Source of the DNA: Eledone cirrhosa
Lineage: Eukaryota
DNA length: 64,000 bases
Direction of reading: 5' to 3'
Assembly: GCA_964016885.1 (NCBI GenBank)
Contig: OZ024752.1
Location: 31,992,001 to 32,056,000 of the forward strand
Made by a program: the position numbers and the translations under genes
Notes under the pieces: model-generated
The model's input: only the letters and a program-made list of their open reading frames with translations
Database searches by the model: none
What the model was told of the DNA's origin: nothing
In this document: one piece after another, positions 12,901-27,099 of the stretch
How the letters are laid out: every line of letters begins with the position of its first letter
Position numbering within the stretch: position 1 is the stretch's first letter

Positions 12901-13194
12901 GAAAGGGACGATTTGTTATGTCTTCATTACGTTTATTGTGTAGTGACGAGCGTTTCGCACTTGATCAGCTCAAGGTTCGATCTCTTTCGATCTAGCCCGA
13001 CTCTGGAATCAAAAGCTTGTCGGACCTCTGTTACGGTAATGACAATAACAGAACGTTACAATCCCTATATATATACACATACACATATACATACACACAT
13101 AAACACACACATAAACACATACATACATACGTAATTGCATCATTTACAAGTACACCATGACTACAGACTTCGAAGTGCTGTAATATAGTAGTAG

Positions 13195-13440
13195 TGGTGG
13201 TAGAAACTCTGAGGAGAGCTGGACAGCAGAAACCCCACCACCATTAAGTGTTCGGCTCTTAACTCCTTACACTCTAAGAGGGCCTGACCGCATCTATATC
13301 ATGACTGCTGGATGACCTTCTGATATTTTTCAGCCATTCGGATATCGGAGGCTTGTTTCTTTAAACCGTATGGAGATTTTGTCAACAAGACCATGCTGGA
13401 ACTTCTCTCCACTGCCTCTACTTTCCAACTTATATCTAAA
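13195..13440 (-). mobile_element. Dispersed repeat, possibly the 3' end of a HERO/NeSL-type element
   Basis: Homologous to 32904-33290; minus-strand peptides EAVERSSS and EATERSSS resemble the 'EAAERSSxWxW' terminus. Confidence 0.35.
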
Positions 13441-13751
13441 CACTTTAACGGTAAATTTACTTCCCCACTTATCTTAAATGTTGTCGGAAAGCCCACACAA
13501 CATTTACATTTATTACATCGCTAAATCTTGCAAGAAAACGTCATCTGCAGTCTGAAAATATCTTCTGATAAGTCATTAGTAAAACCTGACAAATCATTTT
13601 TATTCCAACTCTAATATGTACGGCTTTCTTTTAATATCCGACGGATATTACAACCTTTTTCATCTTTACCAATATGAACATCAAAACATTGCTCTTCCCA
13701 TTGTTATTGAACTATCAATGATCTATATATATTTCGGCACTATTCATGCGG

Positions 13752-13897
<146 letters not shown>

Positions 13898-13948
13898 GCG
13901 TGCGTGTGTATACATACAAAACCACTACTTTCACACAGACATTATATG

Positions 13949-14134
13949 CGTTGGATTGGCAGTATCGGTAGAGTGTCGGACGCGATGCTTTCCAGCATAG
14001 TTACGTCCCTTTACGATCTGAGTTCAAATCCCGCCGAGGTTAACTTTGCCTTTCATCCTTATGGGGTCGATAAAATAAAGTACCAGTGATGTACTGGGTA
14101 ATTGCTGGGCTTGTGCCTAAAGTAGAAACAATTA
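13949..14134 (+). mobile_element. SINE family A
   Basis: Full match. Confidence 0.85.
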
Positions 14135-14541
14135 TAGGTGTGCTTATATGTAATATATATATGTGTTCGTATTTATTTATATATCTACTGAACTCACAAG
14201 GACCTCCAGACGTCGACTGATGAGAAAGATCTGCCCTGTGTTTCGTCCGTTTTTCTGTAGTCTTCGCCCACCTTTTTTTAATTATATATACAATTATATA
14301 TATATATATATATATTTAAAAGAATAGAGGTGTAACACACAAGTTATTATATATTGGTAAACGGAAAAGAAAATGCTGACAAACTGTTCCCAGTGAAAAA
14401 TAGTTTAATTAGGAATAAGTAAAAATTAGTAATAGTATTGGTTAGTATTCAGTTTTGGTTTTAAGTTTTACCGGTTGCGCATTTCTAATGCTTTTCAAAA
14501 ATAATTTTGAGATAGAGCGCCCGTGATGTTTGCTCTCTCTC

Positions 14542-14578
<37 letters not shown>

Positions 14579-14774
14579 GAGAGAGAGAGAGAGAGAGAGG
14601 GGGGAGAGAGAGGGAGAGAGAGAGGGAGAGAGAGAGAGGAAGAGAAGGAGAGAGAGGGAGAGAGAGAGGGAGAGAGAGAGGGAGAGAGAGCGGGAGAGAG
14701 AGAGGGAGTCATGAATCTATGTGTGTATTATGGTTTTATATGTTGCTATGATGAGTGATGAAAGAGGTGGGAGA

Positions 14775-15495
14775 AAGAGAGGGTGAAAGAGAGAAAGAAA
14801 GAGAGGGTGAGAGAGAAAGAAAAAGAGGGTGAGAGAGAGAAAGAAAAAGAGGGTGAGAGAGAGAGAGAAAGAAAAAGAGGGTGAGAGAGAGAAAGAAAAA
14901 GAGGGTGAGAGAGAGAAAGAAAAAGAGGGTGAGAGAGAGAAAGAAAAAGAGGGTGAGAGAGAAAGAAAAAGAGGGTGAGAGAGAGAAATAAAAAGAGGGT
15001 GAGAGAGAGAGAAATAAAAAGAGGGTGAGAGAGAGAGAAATAAAAAGAGGGTGAGAGAGAGAAATAATGAGAGGGTGAGAGAGAGAGAGAAATAATGAGA
15101 GGGTGAGAGAGAGAGAGAAATAATGAGAGGGTGAGAGAGAGAGAGAAATAATGAGAGGGTGAGAGAGAGAAATAATGAGAGGGTGAGAGAGAGAGAAATA
15201 ATGAGAGGGTGAGAGAGAGAGAAATAATGAGAGGGTGAGAGAGAGAGAAATAATTGTTTCTACTTTAGGCACAAGGCCAGCAATTACCAGTGCATTACTG
15301 GTACTTTATTTTATCGACCCCGTAAGGATGAAAGGCAAAGTCAACCTCGGCGGGATTTGAACTCAGATGGTAAAGGGACGTAACTATGCTGGAAAGCATG
15401 GCGTCCGACCCTCTACCGATACTGCCAATCCACCGCCCTTGGGTGAGAGAGAGAGAAATAATGAGAGGGTGAGAGACAGAGAGAGAGAGAGAGAG
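14775..15495. repeat. Purine-rich minisatellite (gagggt(ga)n aaataat / aagaaaaa) interrupted by a SINE
   Basis: Direct reading. Confidence 0.85.
15251..15438 (-). mobile_element. SINE family A
   Basis: Full match, inserted in the minisatellite. Confidence 0.85.
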
Positions 15496-15683
15496 TAATA
15501 AATACATGTAGAGACAGAAATTGGCAAAAGGATAGAGAAACAAAACTGAAGACTAAATTCCTCGAAAAGACATTTTATGATTTAATCAACAATAAACATG
15601 ACGAAACAAACGCGTTTCATTTCATTCTTCCAACTAAATTATTGTCATAAATTACTTTATTGAAAATAGCCACTACTTTAGTG

Positions 15684-16223
15684 TACGAGTGTCGGCTGAA
15701 AAGTTTATAGGCTGACTATGAACTGCATTCTTTCTTCCCAAAGACTGTATTGATAAATAAACCTCATGTGGTCATTCCATGAGAGTATCTTTGTCAGTCT
15801 ATGAAGGAGTGATGCTAGAGCTGTGAAAACTAGCTTGCCTTAATTTTAACTCTTCTTATTAATAACTGCATTATTTCATCCCAGGGACTGTGTTGATAAA
15901 TAAACCTCTTTTGGTCATTCCATGAGAGTATCTTGGTCAGTCTATCAACTTTTCAGCTGAGCCTTGTATAATAACTGCACTGTTTCTTTCCAGGGACTAT
16001 GTTGATAAACCTCATTTGGTCATTCCATGAGAGTATCTAGGTCAGCCTATGAAGGAGTGATGCTAGAGCTGTGAAATCTAGCTTGCCTCAATTCTAACTC
16101 TTCTTATTAATTTATAACTACATCGTTTCTTTCCAGGAACAATGTTGAAAAATAAACCTCATTTGGTCATTCCATGAGAGTATCTTGGTTGGTCAGCCTA
16201 TAAATTTTACAGCTACGCTTGTA
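15684..16223. mobile_element. Mariner-like MITE with a duplicated right end
   Basis: TAcgagtgtcggctgaaaagtttataggctgac; TIR complements end at ~15969 and 16223. Confidence 0.7.
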
Positions 16224-17072
16224 TTAAAAACACATAATTGTACGGAACAATTACATATGTACCGTGTTTCGTTCGTTTTACTCAGAACAGGTTAATGTTA
16301 TACCAGAGTGATGTCAGATCTGTGAAATCTTACAGGCCTTAATTTCAACTATTCTTATTAACATATTCAGTGCTGTCGGCGACACAACTCATCCTAACAT
16401 GTATTTTACAGACGAGATAACTCGTCCTAACATGTTTAAACTCTTTTCCAACAGTTCATAACTTTAAAGTTTAGAACTTGTTTCCAACAGTTCATCACTT
16501 TAAAGCTAGATGGCGTTACTAGTTTATTGATATGATGTTGTCAACCCTTCAGATATGTGTTGTTAATAAATGTTTGTTTTAAAAAAATAGTCATTTTACG
16601 GGGGGGGGGGGGGGGGGGGGCACAGCAACTGTAGCTGTGTAAAATATACACGGCAGTCAACAGGTTTTTTAACGCATGGCCGGGATGCAATCAAAACAAA
16701 GAAGTATCAAATCAAACAATCCTAAAAATTGTTGTTTTTTCTTGTCTATCACGGCGGGTGGTCAATGATTTTGGGATGCCATGTACATGGTTAAATTCCT
16801 TCATAGCGGGGTGAGGGGGATGAACTGGCCTGTAGAACAAAGAGGAAGTAAGATGACATTCTGAAGTGTGGAAGTTAGGCCGGTCATGGGTTAAGAGAGA
16901 ATTCTTTGAGAGTCAAGGAATGTTGTAGAATGAGAATGAGTATGGCAGTTGGCTAAAGAGAGAAACATATAGAATTTAACACTAATTAAATTCCTAATTA
17001 ATAAAGTTTAGTTATCAGTTATTCTAATGCACTGGAACAACACCTCAATACAGTAATTTACTAGTATTATCT

Positions 17073-17178
17073 TCCGCTGAGGTTAACTTTGCCTTTCATC
17101 CTTACGGGGTCGATAAAATAAAGTACCAGTAATGCACTGGGTAATTGCTGGCCTTGTGCCAAAAGTAGAAACAATTAT
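17073..17178 (+). mobile_element. SINE family A, 5'-truncated
   Basis: Core and tail only. Confidence 0.8.
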
Positions 17179-17351
17179 CTTCCATAATGATACACCCACA
17201 AAACAAACCATGGCTATGTGTTCGGCCGGTACTATGTATATTTAACAAGAGTGAAAATATTAGGCTTAACCTAAGGAAGAATGGAAACTGAATATATATA
17301 TATATATCTATATATATATCTATATATATATAATTATATATATATATAATT

Positions 17352-17520
17352 ATGTAATAAGCAACATAAGATAATTATTTCATTTACCATTTGCTTTCAA
17401 GAAACCACTGGTAAATGAAATAATTATCTTATGTTGGTTATTACATAACTAATAAGCTCTGTAACCTACATAGAGCACTCTTTTTTCCTGGACCTTTCCA
17501 ACGGAATTACTTCATTCATT
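17352..17520 (+). mobile_element. Fold-back element, family 'gaaaccactggta'
   Basis: Short inverted arm 17352-17394, then a long arm; homologous to 21472-21684. Confidence 0.7.
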
Positions 17521-17535
17521 CATACATATATATAT

Positions 17536-17567
<32 letters not shown>

Positions 17568-17731
17568 GATGAAAGAAGTGGACCACAACGCACCAGAGTA
17601 CTCGATACTATGGGTAGTAGAGTGGGTAATAGGAAAAGAGTTAGGATCCCGACGGCTGAGCTCCGTCGGGTGTTCTGAACGAGCTGTCGAAACGGCCGGA
17701 ACTCAGCCGATGGGTCCTGACTCTTTTCATA
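17568..17731 (-). mobile_element. Fold-back element, family 'gaccccgac' (degenerate)
   Basis: Tail followed by an imperfect hairpin. Confidence 0.7.
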
Positions 17732-17750
17732 TATATATATATATATATAT

Positions 17751-17811
<61 letters not shown>

Positions 17812-17815
<4 letters not shown>

Positions 17816-18130
17816 AAAGTTTTATTTTAAATTGTTGGGTTACAACAAGTAAATATTTTATAACTGATATAAAACACTCAACAAGTTTTTGGTGTAGATA
17901 TACGATATTAGACAAATGGAAACTATATTTATAAAACCATATTTATTTCATTATATATATTTCAGGGATACCATATTAAAAATATGGCATGCCTTCGTCA
18001 GATAAAATACAATATATAAACAGTTTTATAAATAATTTTGACGTACCATATTATAAGCGACCGTTATATTAGGAAGCTGTCTGGATATTGATGTGTTTAT
18101 AATTATTTAGTTATAGTGTTAAGCACAGTT
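17812..18130 (-). mobile_element. PLE-like terminal fragment with hammerhead at 17946-18007
   Basis: Minus strand ttttat-CTGACGA-aggcatgccatat-tttta-atatggtatccct-GAAA-tatata-TA-atgaaa; tail nearly identical to 58099-58261. Confidence 0.7.
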
Positions 18131-18311
18131 AGAAAAAGTTATATATATATATATATAAGAATATATATATATATAGGTATATATATATATATATAAGAAA
18201 ATAAACAATGTAACAAAACATATATATTGGTGTATATAAAGTAATCAACCATGTACCATTTTAATGTTATCTCGGACTGAAACAATCGCCTTTTGTTAAT
18301 TTATTATTGAT

Positions 18312-18680
18312 TATGGTTTCTGATTTAGGTACAAGGCCGCGTGAAGAGAAAGTCGTCGATTAAATCGACCTTAGTATGTTACTGGTACTTTATTTTATCG
18401 ACACAATATTGATGATGAAAGGCAAAGCTAACCTCGGCGGGATTTGAACTCAGAACGTAAAAGGACGTAACTATATGCTGCAACGCATGTTGTCCGATGC
18501 TTTACTGATTCTGTCAATCCAACACCTTAATGTTTTCTGATTTAGACATATGACCAACAGTTTTTTAGGAGGGGGAGGGGTAAATTGATTAAATCGACCA
18601 CAGTGCGTTACTGGTCCTTTATTTTATTGACCCCTTAGGGCAAAGCTAACCTCGGCGGGATTTGGACTCGGAACATAAAG
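18312..18680 (-). mobile_element. Two older, longer-variant SINE family A copies
   Basis: Core present plus an extra gtcgatt(t)aatcgac segment. Confidence 0.7.
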
Positions 18681-18742
18681 TGGATAGTTTATTTTGATCG
18701 TCGCCACAAACGAATGCTCTCACATGATTGCATTACTGATAG

Positions 18743-18936
18743 GGCGGTGGATTGGCAGTATCGGTAGAGCGTCGGACGCTATTCTTTGCATAATCGAGTT
18801 ACGTCCCTTTACGGTTTGAGTTCAAATCCCGCCGAGGTTAACTTTGCCTTTCATCCTTACGGAGGTCGATAAAATAAAGTACCAGTAATGCACTGGGATA
18901 GTTGCTAGCCTTGTGCCAAACGTAGAAACAATTATT
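18743..18936 (+). mobile_element. SINE family A
   Basis: Full copy; probable TSD tta[c/t]tgatag. Confidence 0.85.
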
Positions 18937-19677
18937 GATAGACACTGCTCCTTCGAAACGAAGAAGGACCATCGACCATCAACTGCATTCACCGATCAAT
19001 TATTGTCAACCAGCATACTTGCAATTTTAAAAACAAATTTCGTTATATTAAAAAAAAAACGCTATGGCAAATCAACTAGAATTGTAAAAATATAAATTAT
19101 TTAAGTGAAGATATTTCTCAGACGTCATTTTCATTTTCCATAAAATCATTTCCATTTTATTTAAACAAAACTTGTCAAACATATCCTATAGATATATATT
19201 TCCATCGACAAAATAACTCATTGAAAAAACAACAAAAAAAAAACATCAAAAAGCTAGAATATTGAGATTTTCTATGTTAGAAAATAAATTAAATTTTTTT
19301 GCGTCAGGAAAATAAAATCTAAAATCTAAAATTTAATAATTTCCCGACAAAAATATAAATATGTGATATACAGTGTGACGTAAAAGTGGTGCGCCAGTAA
19401 AATAACACTTGTGATAAATGGTCATCGTGATAAATGGTTATAATTTAGGATTAGTGTTAGGGTCATTTGAAACGAAGGACGACGACCAGCTATTGCCTGC
19501 ATTTATCGAACAATTATTGTCAACCAACAAACCTGCTATTTTAAAAACAAATTTTTGTAATGTAAGTTGATGATTAAGGTGGGACGTGGTTTTTCGTCAG
19601 CCTGAATATATGTTGTTGTTGTTATTGATTGCTCTCCTTGTTCTCGTTATTCTCCTTGATCTCTCCTTCCTCTTCTT

Positions 19678-20560
19678 GCAAGGAGAGTAAGGAGAGCGAG
19701 AAACGAGCGAGAAAAGAGCAAGAAGATAATAAGGAGAGTAAGGAGAGTAAGGAAAGTAAGGAGAGTAAGGAGAGATGAAGGAGAGTAAGAAGAGATCAAG
19801 GAGAGTAAGGAGAGATCAAGGAGAGTAAGGAGAGATCAAGGAGAGTAAGGAGAGATCAAGGCGATCAAGGCGATCAAGGAGAGATCAAGGCGATCAAGGA
19901 GAGATCAAGGAGAGCAAGGAGAGATCAATGAGAGCAAGGAGAGATCAAGGAGAAGAAGGAGAGATCAAGGAGAAGAAGGAGAGATCAAGGAGAGAGCAAG
20001 GAGAGATCAAGAAGAGCAAGAAGAGAGCAAGGAGTGAGCAAGGAGAGATCAAGAAGAGCAAGGAGAGATCAAGGAGAGCAAGGAGAGATCAAGGAGACCA
20101 AGGAGAGATCAAGGAGAGCAAGGAGAGATCAAGGAGAGATCAAGGAGAGAGCAAGGAGAGAGCAAGGAGAGATAGCAAGGAGAGAGCAAGGAGAGATAGC
20201 AAGGAGAGATAGCAAGGAGAGATAGCAAGGAGAGAGCAAGGAGAGAGCAAGGAGAGATAGCAAGGAGATAGCAAGGAGATAGCAAGGAGAGAAAAAAGAA
20301 CAAGCAGAGCAAGGAGATAGCAAGGAGATAGCAAGGAGATAGCAAGGAGATAGCAAGGAGATAGCAAGGAGATAGCAAGGAGATAGCAAGGAGATAGCAA
20401 GGAGATAGCAAGGAGATAGAAAGGAGATAGCAAGGAGATAGCAAGGAGAGAAAGGAGAACAAGGAGAGCAAGGAGATAACAAGGAGAGCAAGGTGATAAC
20501 AAGGAGAGCAAGGAGATAACAAGGAGAGCAAGGAGATAGCAAGGAGATAGCAAGAAGAGA
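19678..20560. repeat. AAGGAG-based minisatellite (10-12 bp variant units)
   Basis: caaggagag, caaggagagat and caaggagatag blocks. Confidence 0.9.
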
Positions 20561-21332
20561 TTAACAGAACGAAAGAGAGCTGTAAAGGATATGATATTAC
20601 TGTATGAAACGTATTATAGGTTTTCGGATATCTTATATTGACACGAGTCTGATCGAGAGTAAGCTATCTATTCTCTGACTTCGTTGAGGTGTTCCTACAC
20701 TGACGAACCTATTTACAGCATGCTATTCAACCGATAAGTGGTCTTGGCCACAATCATTTTGTGTCAAGAATGGAATAGATATGTATGTGTGTTTCTGTTC
20801 TGCGCATTCATTACAGGTGTTTGCAAATAATTATATACATGTATTATATATGTAATAGGAGATACACATCAATCTAGCTAGGTAGGAATGAAGCTGGGCG
20901 AAATAGAAACATTGTGTGTGTGTACGTGTCGTTCACGATTTCACCGAACTTATATTCATGGAAATTTGGGACTTGACTCGTTCTGCCTCACTTTTCGTTG
21001 CTTCACCATCTTTGTTTGTTTACACTCTCGTGTCCACTTTATTTACGTGTCCCAACGACTTTTTTTAGCCATTGCTCGCACCAACCGGAGGTATATGGTC
21101 TTTAAAGCGATGAAATACCAATGATGGTTGGAAGATCACTGATGAAGGACTAACTTTATTCATATGTAACCCATTAGCAACCACGCAGCACGTTTATTCT
21201 TGTATGTATGTATGTATGTATGTATGTATGTATGTATGTATGTATGTATGTATGTATGTATGTATGTATGTATGTATGTATGTATGTATGTATGTATGTA
21301 TGTATGTATGTATGTATGTATGTATGTATGTA

Positions 21333-21684
<352 letters not shown>

Positions 21685-21706
21685 ATATATATATATATAT
21701 ATATAT

Positions 21707-21884
21707 AACCCGGGATAAACTTATATATATAAATACATATAAGTTTATCCCAGGTTCAATCGGGAGTAACCATAGTAAGTAAAGTACTCAATACATAACA
21801 GTATACATATTTAACATAGAAATGGCTTCCTGTTGATTTCTCCCGAATGAAGCAATTCTAGTCCTGTAGAAGCCATTTCTATAT

Positions 21885-21885
<1 letters not shown>
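21707..21885 (-). mobile_element. Fold-back element, family 'ctagtcctgtagaag'
   Basis: Homologous to 11645-11745, 34815-35075, 51725-51858. Confidence 0.65.
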
Positions 21886-21921
<36 letters not shown>

Positions 21922-21923
<2 letters not shown>

Positions 21924-22075
21924 CGAAGGAAGTGTGGCAAGGAACCAGGTGGACCATAACGCACCAGAGTACTCGATACTTAGAGTAGTAGAGTGGGTAA
22001 TAGGAAAATAGTCAGGAACCCGACAGTGTCGAAACGGCTGAAGCTCAGCCGCCGGGTCCTGACTCTTTTCCTATA
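21922..22075 (-). mobile_element. Fold-back element, family 'gaccccgac' (internally deleted)
   Basis: Tail plus partial hairpin. Confidence 0.7.
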
Positions 22076-22129
22076 TATATATATATATAGGAAAATATAT
22101 TATTACCCTCAATAAAATAGTATCACCAC

Positions 22130-22306
22130 TATCCAGGAAGCTCCAACCGTTAAGCTTGTCTTTTTTCCGGGTATGTCAATATTTATTTATAAAACAAATC
22201 TGTATCTTATCTGATGAAAGCGCACCATAAATTGCCTTGGTTTCCCTTGAAATATATATAATAAAATAAATATGGTTTTATAAATATAGTTTCCATTTAT
22301 TAATAT
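22130..22306 (+). mobile_element. PLE-like fragment with hammerhead at 22205-22266
   Basis: ttat-CTGATGA-aagcgcacca...tggtttccctt-GAAA-tatata-TA-ataa; homologous to 57180-57390. Confidence 0.7.
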
Positions 22307-22317
22307 ATATGTATATA

Positions 22318-22675
22318 TATAAAGAAAAAGAGATGAAATCGAAAATGCAACTGGAGTCTTATTTTTTTTTTTAATATATATATTTATTTGGTTCCTTTAC
22401 CGGTTTCGCAGTTCTTCTGCTTTTCAAAAGGTGAGTTGAGATGGAGGGTCTGTGGTTTTTCTCACATCAGATGTGAGAAAAACCACAGACCCTCCATCTC
22501 AACTCACCTTTTGAAAAGCAGAAGAACTGCGAAACCGGTAAAGGAACCAAATAAATATATATATTTTTAAAAAAAATAAGACTCTAGTTGCATTTTCGAT
22601 TTCATCTCTTTTTCTTTATACTTTCACTCGTGTAGGACACCTCGGTTATTTTTCATTTTGTAAAAAAAACCTCAC

Positions 22676-22682
<7 letters not shown>
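22318..22682 (+). mobile_element. Fold-back element (~150-bp arms, apex 22469) with variant hammerhead at 22507-22544
   Basis: Near-perfect palindrome 22318-22620 plus tail; cctt-TTGAAAA-gcag-aagaa-ctgc-GAAAC-cg-GTA-aagg. Confidence 0.8.
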
Positions 22683-22715
<33 letters not shown>

Positions 22716-23007
22716 GAAAGGACAAAACAGAGATACAAAAAGTCTTATATAAATTTCACGCTTTATATGGAAAAGGGAGAAAGAAAAATCGACGTGTCGA
22801 GTTTGATTCCTTCTTCAGTTCTTCAGGAGTACAACAATAGAGAGAGGATCACAAATGATAGACACAGAAAATAAAAGGCAGTCAGTATTAAAAAAATAAC
22901 GAAAATAATGAGAGTATATGCAAAAAGCAAAGAGAAATAACGCAGTAACTACACAGTATAATGAAGAAATATATTATTAGTTTTACACTAGCTATAATAG
23001 TAAAACA

Positions 23008-23044
23008 GTCTTGACGTTTGGGAGGTTAGTCCGTCATCAGAAAA
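23008..23044 (-). ncRNA. Degenerate minimal hammerhead motif
   Basis: tttt-CTGATGA-cggactaacctcc-CAAAC-GTC-aaga (one core substitution). Confidence 0.45.
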
Positions 23045-23109
23045 TAGAATGAGAAATTAAAGAATAGAAATATAGAAGAGAGTAATCCACAAAGGAGGAA
23101 GAAATCAAT

Positions 23110-23660
23110 TATAATATAATAAAGAAAGGAGTGCGGGACTAAGTTCACAATATATCTTTTTATCCAGTTTGTAAAATAAGTTGGATTACTTCGAATAAAT
23201 AATGAATGAATATTATATAATTTATGTACTAAATTTTGTAACTCTTGATAAAAATATAAATAATTTTATTGCTTATTTCAAGATTCACTTATTTTTTAAT
23301 TTTCAAATGTCAATACTTCCGGTTATATTATAATGGATTCTATATTATATCGCTTATATAAACGTTCATATATTTGTATCGTTATATAACGTTTATATTT
23401 CTGTCGCTAATTTTCTCCTTTTTCGTTTTCATTACAGTTGACTGTAATGCAGTTTATATATAATATCGTCTTTTTTAAATGCATTATGGATTACTTTACT
23501 GATTACAGAATACATTGCAACACAGTCACTCTTCAATTTCTGTGCATATTCTCAATTACGATGTATCATATCTACATGCATATATATATTTGCGTATGCA
23601 CACTACATAGAAAAACCACACGAAGGATGGTTTTTCTTCTAGTATGTATAATAGAGTAAA
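23110..23660. repeat. AT-rich dispersed repeat, second copy at ~25310-25800
   Basis: Shared blocks gtaaaataagttggattactt.gaataaataatgaatgaatatta and agaaaacc..cgaagg..g.ttttct.ctagtat. Confidence 0.75.
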
Positions 23661-23784
23661 TATATAAATTGATGTATTCGTTCTCTTATAACTTAGCTAC
23701 GATCTTACAGTGACGTAGTGAATACTCGCTTTGCTGAAACATCGGATCTTTGGTGTTAAAAAAGGAATAATTTAAATCTATATC

Positions 23785-24192
<408 letters not shown>

Positions 24193-25069
24193 GGGAGGTC
24201 ATATTGCGTAATACTGGCAACATGACCATCCTCAAATATCACAATATTGGTTTCAACACACGATTTCACATCAAGAATCTTTCAAAACAAATAGATAAAC
24301 GCGCGTGTGTGTGTGTATATATATATATATACAGAGAGAAAGAGAAAGAGAGAGAGAGAAAGGGAGAGAGAGAAAGGGAGAGAGAGAAAGGGGGAGAGAG
24401 AGAAAGGGAGAGAGAGAAAGGGGGAGAGAGAGAAAGGGAGAGAGAGAAAGGGGGAGAGAGAGAAAGGGAGAGGGAGAAAGGGAGAGAGAGAAAGAGAGAA
24501 AGAGAGAGGGGGGAGAGGAAGTAGATATATAGATAGAGAGAGTGAGTGTGTCTTTGGTTGTGTGTGTATTGAAGATAAGAGTTCACAAATGCTAGAATTA
24601 GCTAACACTGATTCATCTTACCGCATCAATTATAGATTTCAAAGGGATCAATATATATTATCAGTGATGAGCTACAGTGATTATATATATATATATATCC
24701 CTACCCCCTCTCTCTCTCTCTCTACCATTGACATGTGTAGTATATAGTTTGAAATGTCACCAGAGCTAATCTGTTATCAGAAACTGCAACAAAAAACTAG
24801 AATGTTTTATATTTTTGTTTTCCCCCCTCGGTGGAAGAAAACGATTTATTCAATGTGAAGATTATAAGTCATGCAGTCGAGTTGTTCCGTTATTTCTAAT
24901 CAATTTATAATTCCCTCATTGAACCAGTCATCTGCCATTAGTGTTGCTTATGAAGCGAGATGAACTGAAGTAGGAACAGTTCGCTTCGTTGTTGAAGAAG
25001 ACCAAGAAGAGGGCTTGTGACATACCAACAGCAACATATTTCACATATTTTCTATCTCCTTTTATTTGT

Positions 25070-25275
25070 GAAGGCGCATGGCTTAGTGGTTAGAGCATTG
25101 GCCTTTGCAATCGAAAGGTCGTGAGTTCGATTCTTGGACCCGGGTGATGTGTTTTGTCCTGGAGCAAGACACTTTATTTCACGTCACTCCAGTTCACTGC
25201 GCTGTAGCAATCAGTAGTCATGTTGTATCAGGTGCCAAGTTGTATTAGACATTGCCTTTCTCTTGGACAACATCA
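25070..25275 (+). mobile_element. SINE family B, different tail
   Basis: Head and core match; tail differs. Confidence 0.7.
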
Positions 25276-25873
25276 TATATAGTGAATAATATAAACTGTA
25301 CATAGAGTCTAAACTATAATAAAGAAAGAAACGCGGGACTGCGTACGGTTTATAATGTTTTATCCCCTTAGTAAAATAAGTTGGATTACTTTGAATAAAT
25401 AATGAATGAATATTACATAATTTATCTACTAAATTTCGTGGCTGTTCATTAAATATATTTCATTACTTATTTAAAGATTCACTTCTTTAAAATGTTCAAA
25501 TGTCAACACTTCCCGATAGCAATCGCTTAAATAAACATTCATATATTTCCGTCACTAATTTTTTCCTAATGCAGTTTATATATAATATCGCCTTTTTAAA
25601 AATGTATCATGGATTACGTTACTGATTAAATAAGAGAGTGTAACACAGTCTTCGTTCAATTTCTGTGGATATTGTCAATTACGATTTACTTTGATGTATC
25701 ATATTTACATGCATATATACTTGCGTATAATATCAATATATACACTACACAAGCTAGCAGAAAACCACCCGAAGGGTTGTTTTTCTGCTAGTATATATAA
25801 TATATATATAGTGTATAATATATACTGTACAATGGGTATATAGACTTTACATAGTGTATATATAATATATATA

Positions 25874-26295
25874 GAAGGCGCATGGCTTAGTGATTAGAGC
25901 ATTGGGCTTGCAATCGAAAGGTTGTGAGTTCGATTCTCGGACCGGTGATGTATTGTGTCCTTGAGCAAGACACTTTATTTCACGTTGTTCCAGTTTACTC
26001 AGCTGTAGAATTGAGTTGCGATGCTGCTAAATCAATGGGTGGCAGTAGTTCCAGCTGCACACATCGAAAGACTGGTGTAGTGGTTCTGAGAATAATGTGG
26101 CTTTGCAGATGGTCATTGCAAATTGACAATGGAAAGGCACTCCCGCTCGAGTTAGAAGAGAACTATTGGCTTTCAGGAGAAGCAGCGACCCCTGATTGTA
26201 TCCAGCAACCGAAACAAATATGAAGTACACCAAATCCAATGCTTCCAGGGGCAGCCCTGGTTCTTCTTATTTGCGAGTGTAAACTCGGCCAGATT
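25874..26295 (+). mobile_element. SINE family B with long tail ending in (agatt)n
   Basis: Head and core match 25874-26015; ~280-bp tail not seen in the other copies. Confidence 0.65.
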
Positions 26296-27099
26296 AGATT
26301 AGATTAGATTTTATTTTTTCAAACCAACATAGTGACTAAGACAACTTGGGGAAAATAACATCATCATCTCCTCACCTTTCTTCTCCTTCCTCTCCTACTT
26401 CTCCTACTTCCTTCCCTCATTTCCCTTCTCCCTATCTTCCTCCTACACATTCTCATTCTACTCCTCCCCTCATTTTCCATCTCACCATTCTCCACCTTCC
26501 TCTCCCTTTATTTTCATGTTTTTACTTCTACTCCACCTCCTCCTCATGCAACCCCTCCTTCATTTCCCTTCTTCCTATCCTCCTCCCCACATTTCCCTTC
26601 TCCCCCTCCTCCCCTCATTTTTATTCTTCCTATCCTCCTCCCTCTCTATTTTATCATCTTATGGGTTTTTTTCTTTCTTTGTTTCATCTCCTTCTCAGCC
26701 TACTCCACCCCATTTTTCTTCTCCCCCCCCCCTACTATCCCTGATCTTCCTCCCCTCTCCCTCTCCCTACTGCCCCACCCCCTCACTCTGGTATTTATTT
26801 TCCATGTTTTTTTTTCTTCGTCTACTTCTTCAGTTGTTAACAGGAATAATTGAACGTGTGCCGACAAGGCACATTAAGCATTTCTCTAGTCTTTCCATTC
26901 CCATAAATCTTTGAAGTGCTACATCACTCTGTAAACCCATTCTACCATCACTGCAGAGTGCTTCTCTTTATTTTTGTTATTAATATTTTCTTCCAGGGGT
27001 TTTCTTTTTTGTATTTCCATCGATATAATGGCATCTGCTATTTCAACCAGCTTTTATCCTCCTTGTATGATTTCCCCGACACAGGTAAATTGCAATATA

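Noticed and set aside
14210-14250. CTGATGA at 14217 (also 21139) as a hammerhead
   Set aside because: No correctly placed GAAA or pairing stems
16370-16790. Tc1-like transposon end (tacatggcatcccaaaatcattgaccacc on minus)
   Set aside because: No matching second TIR or transposase found in the window
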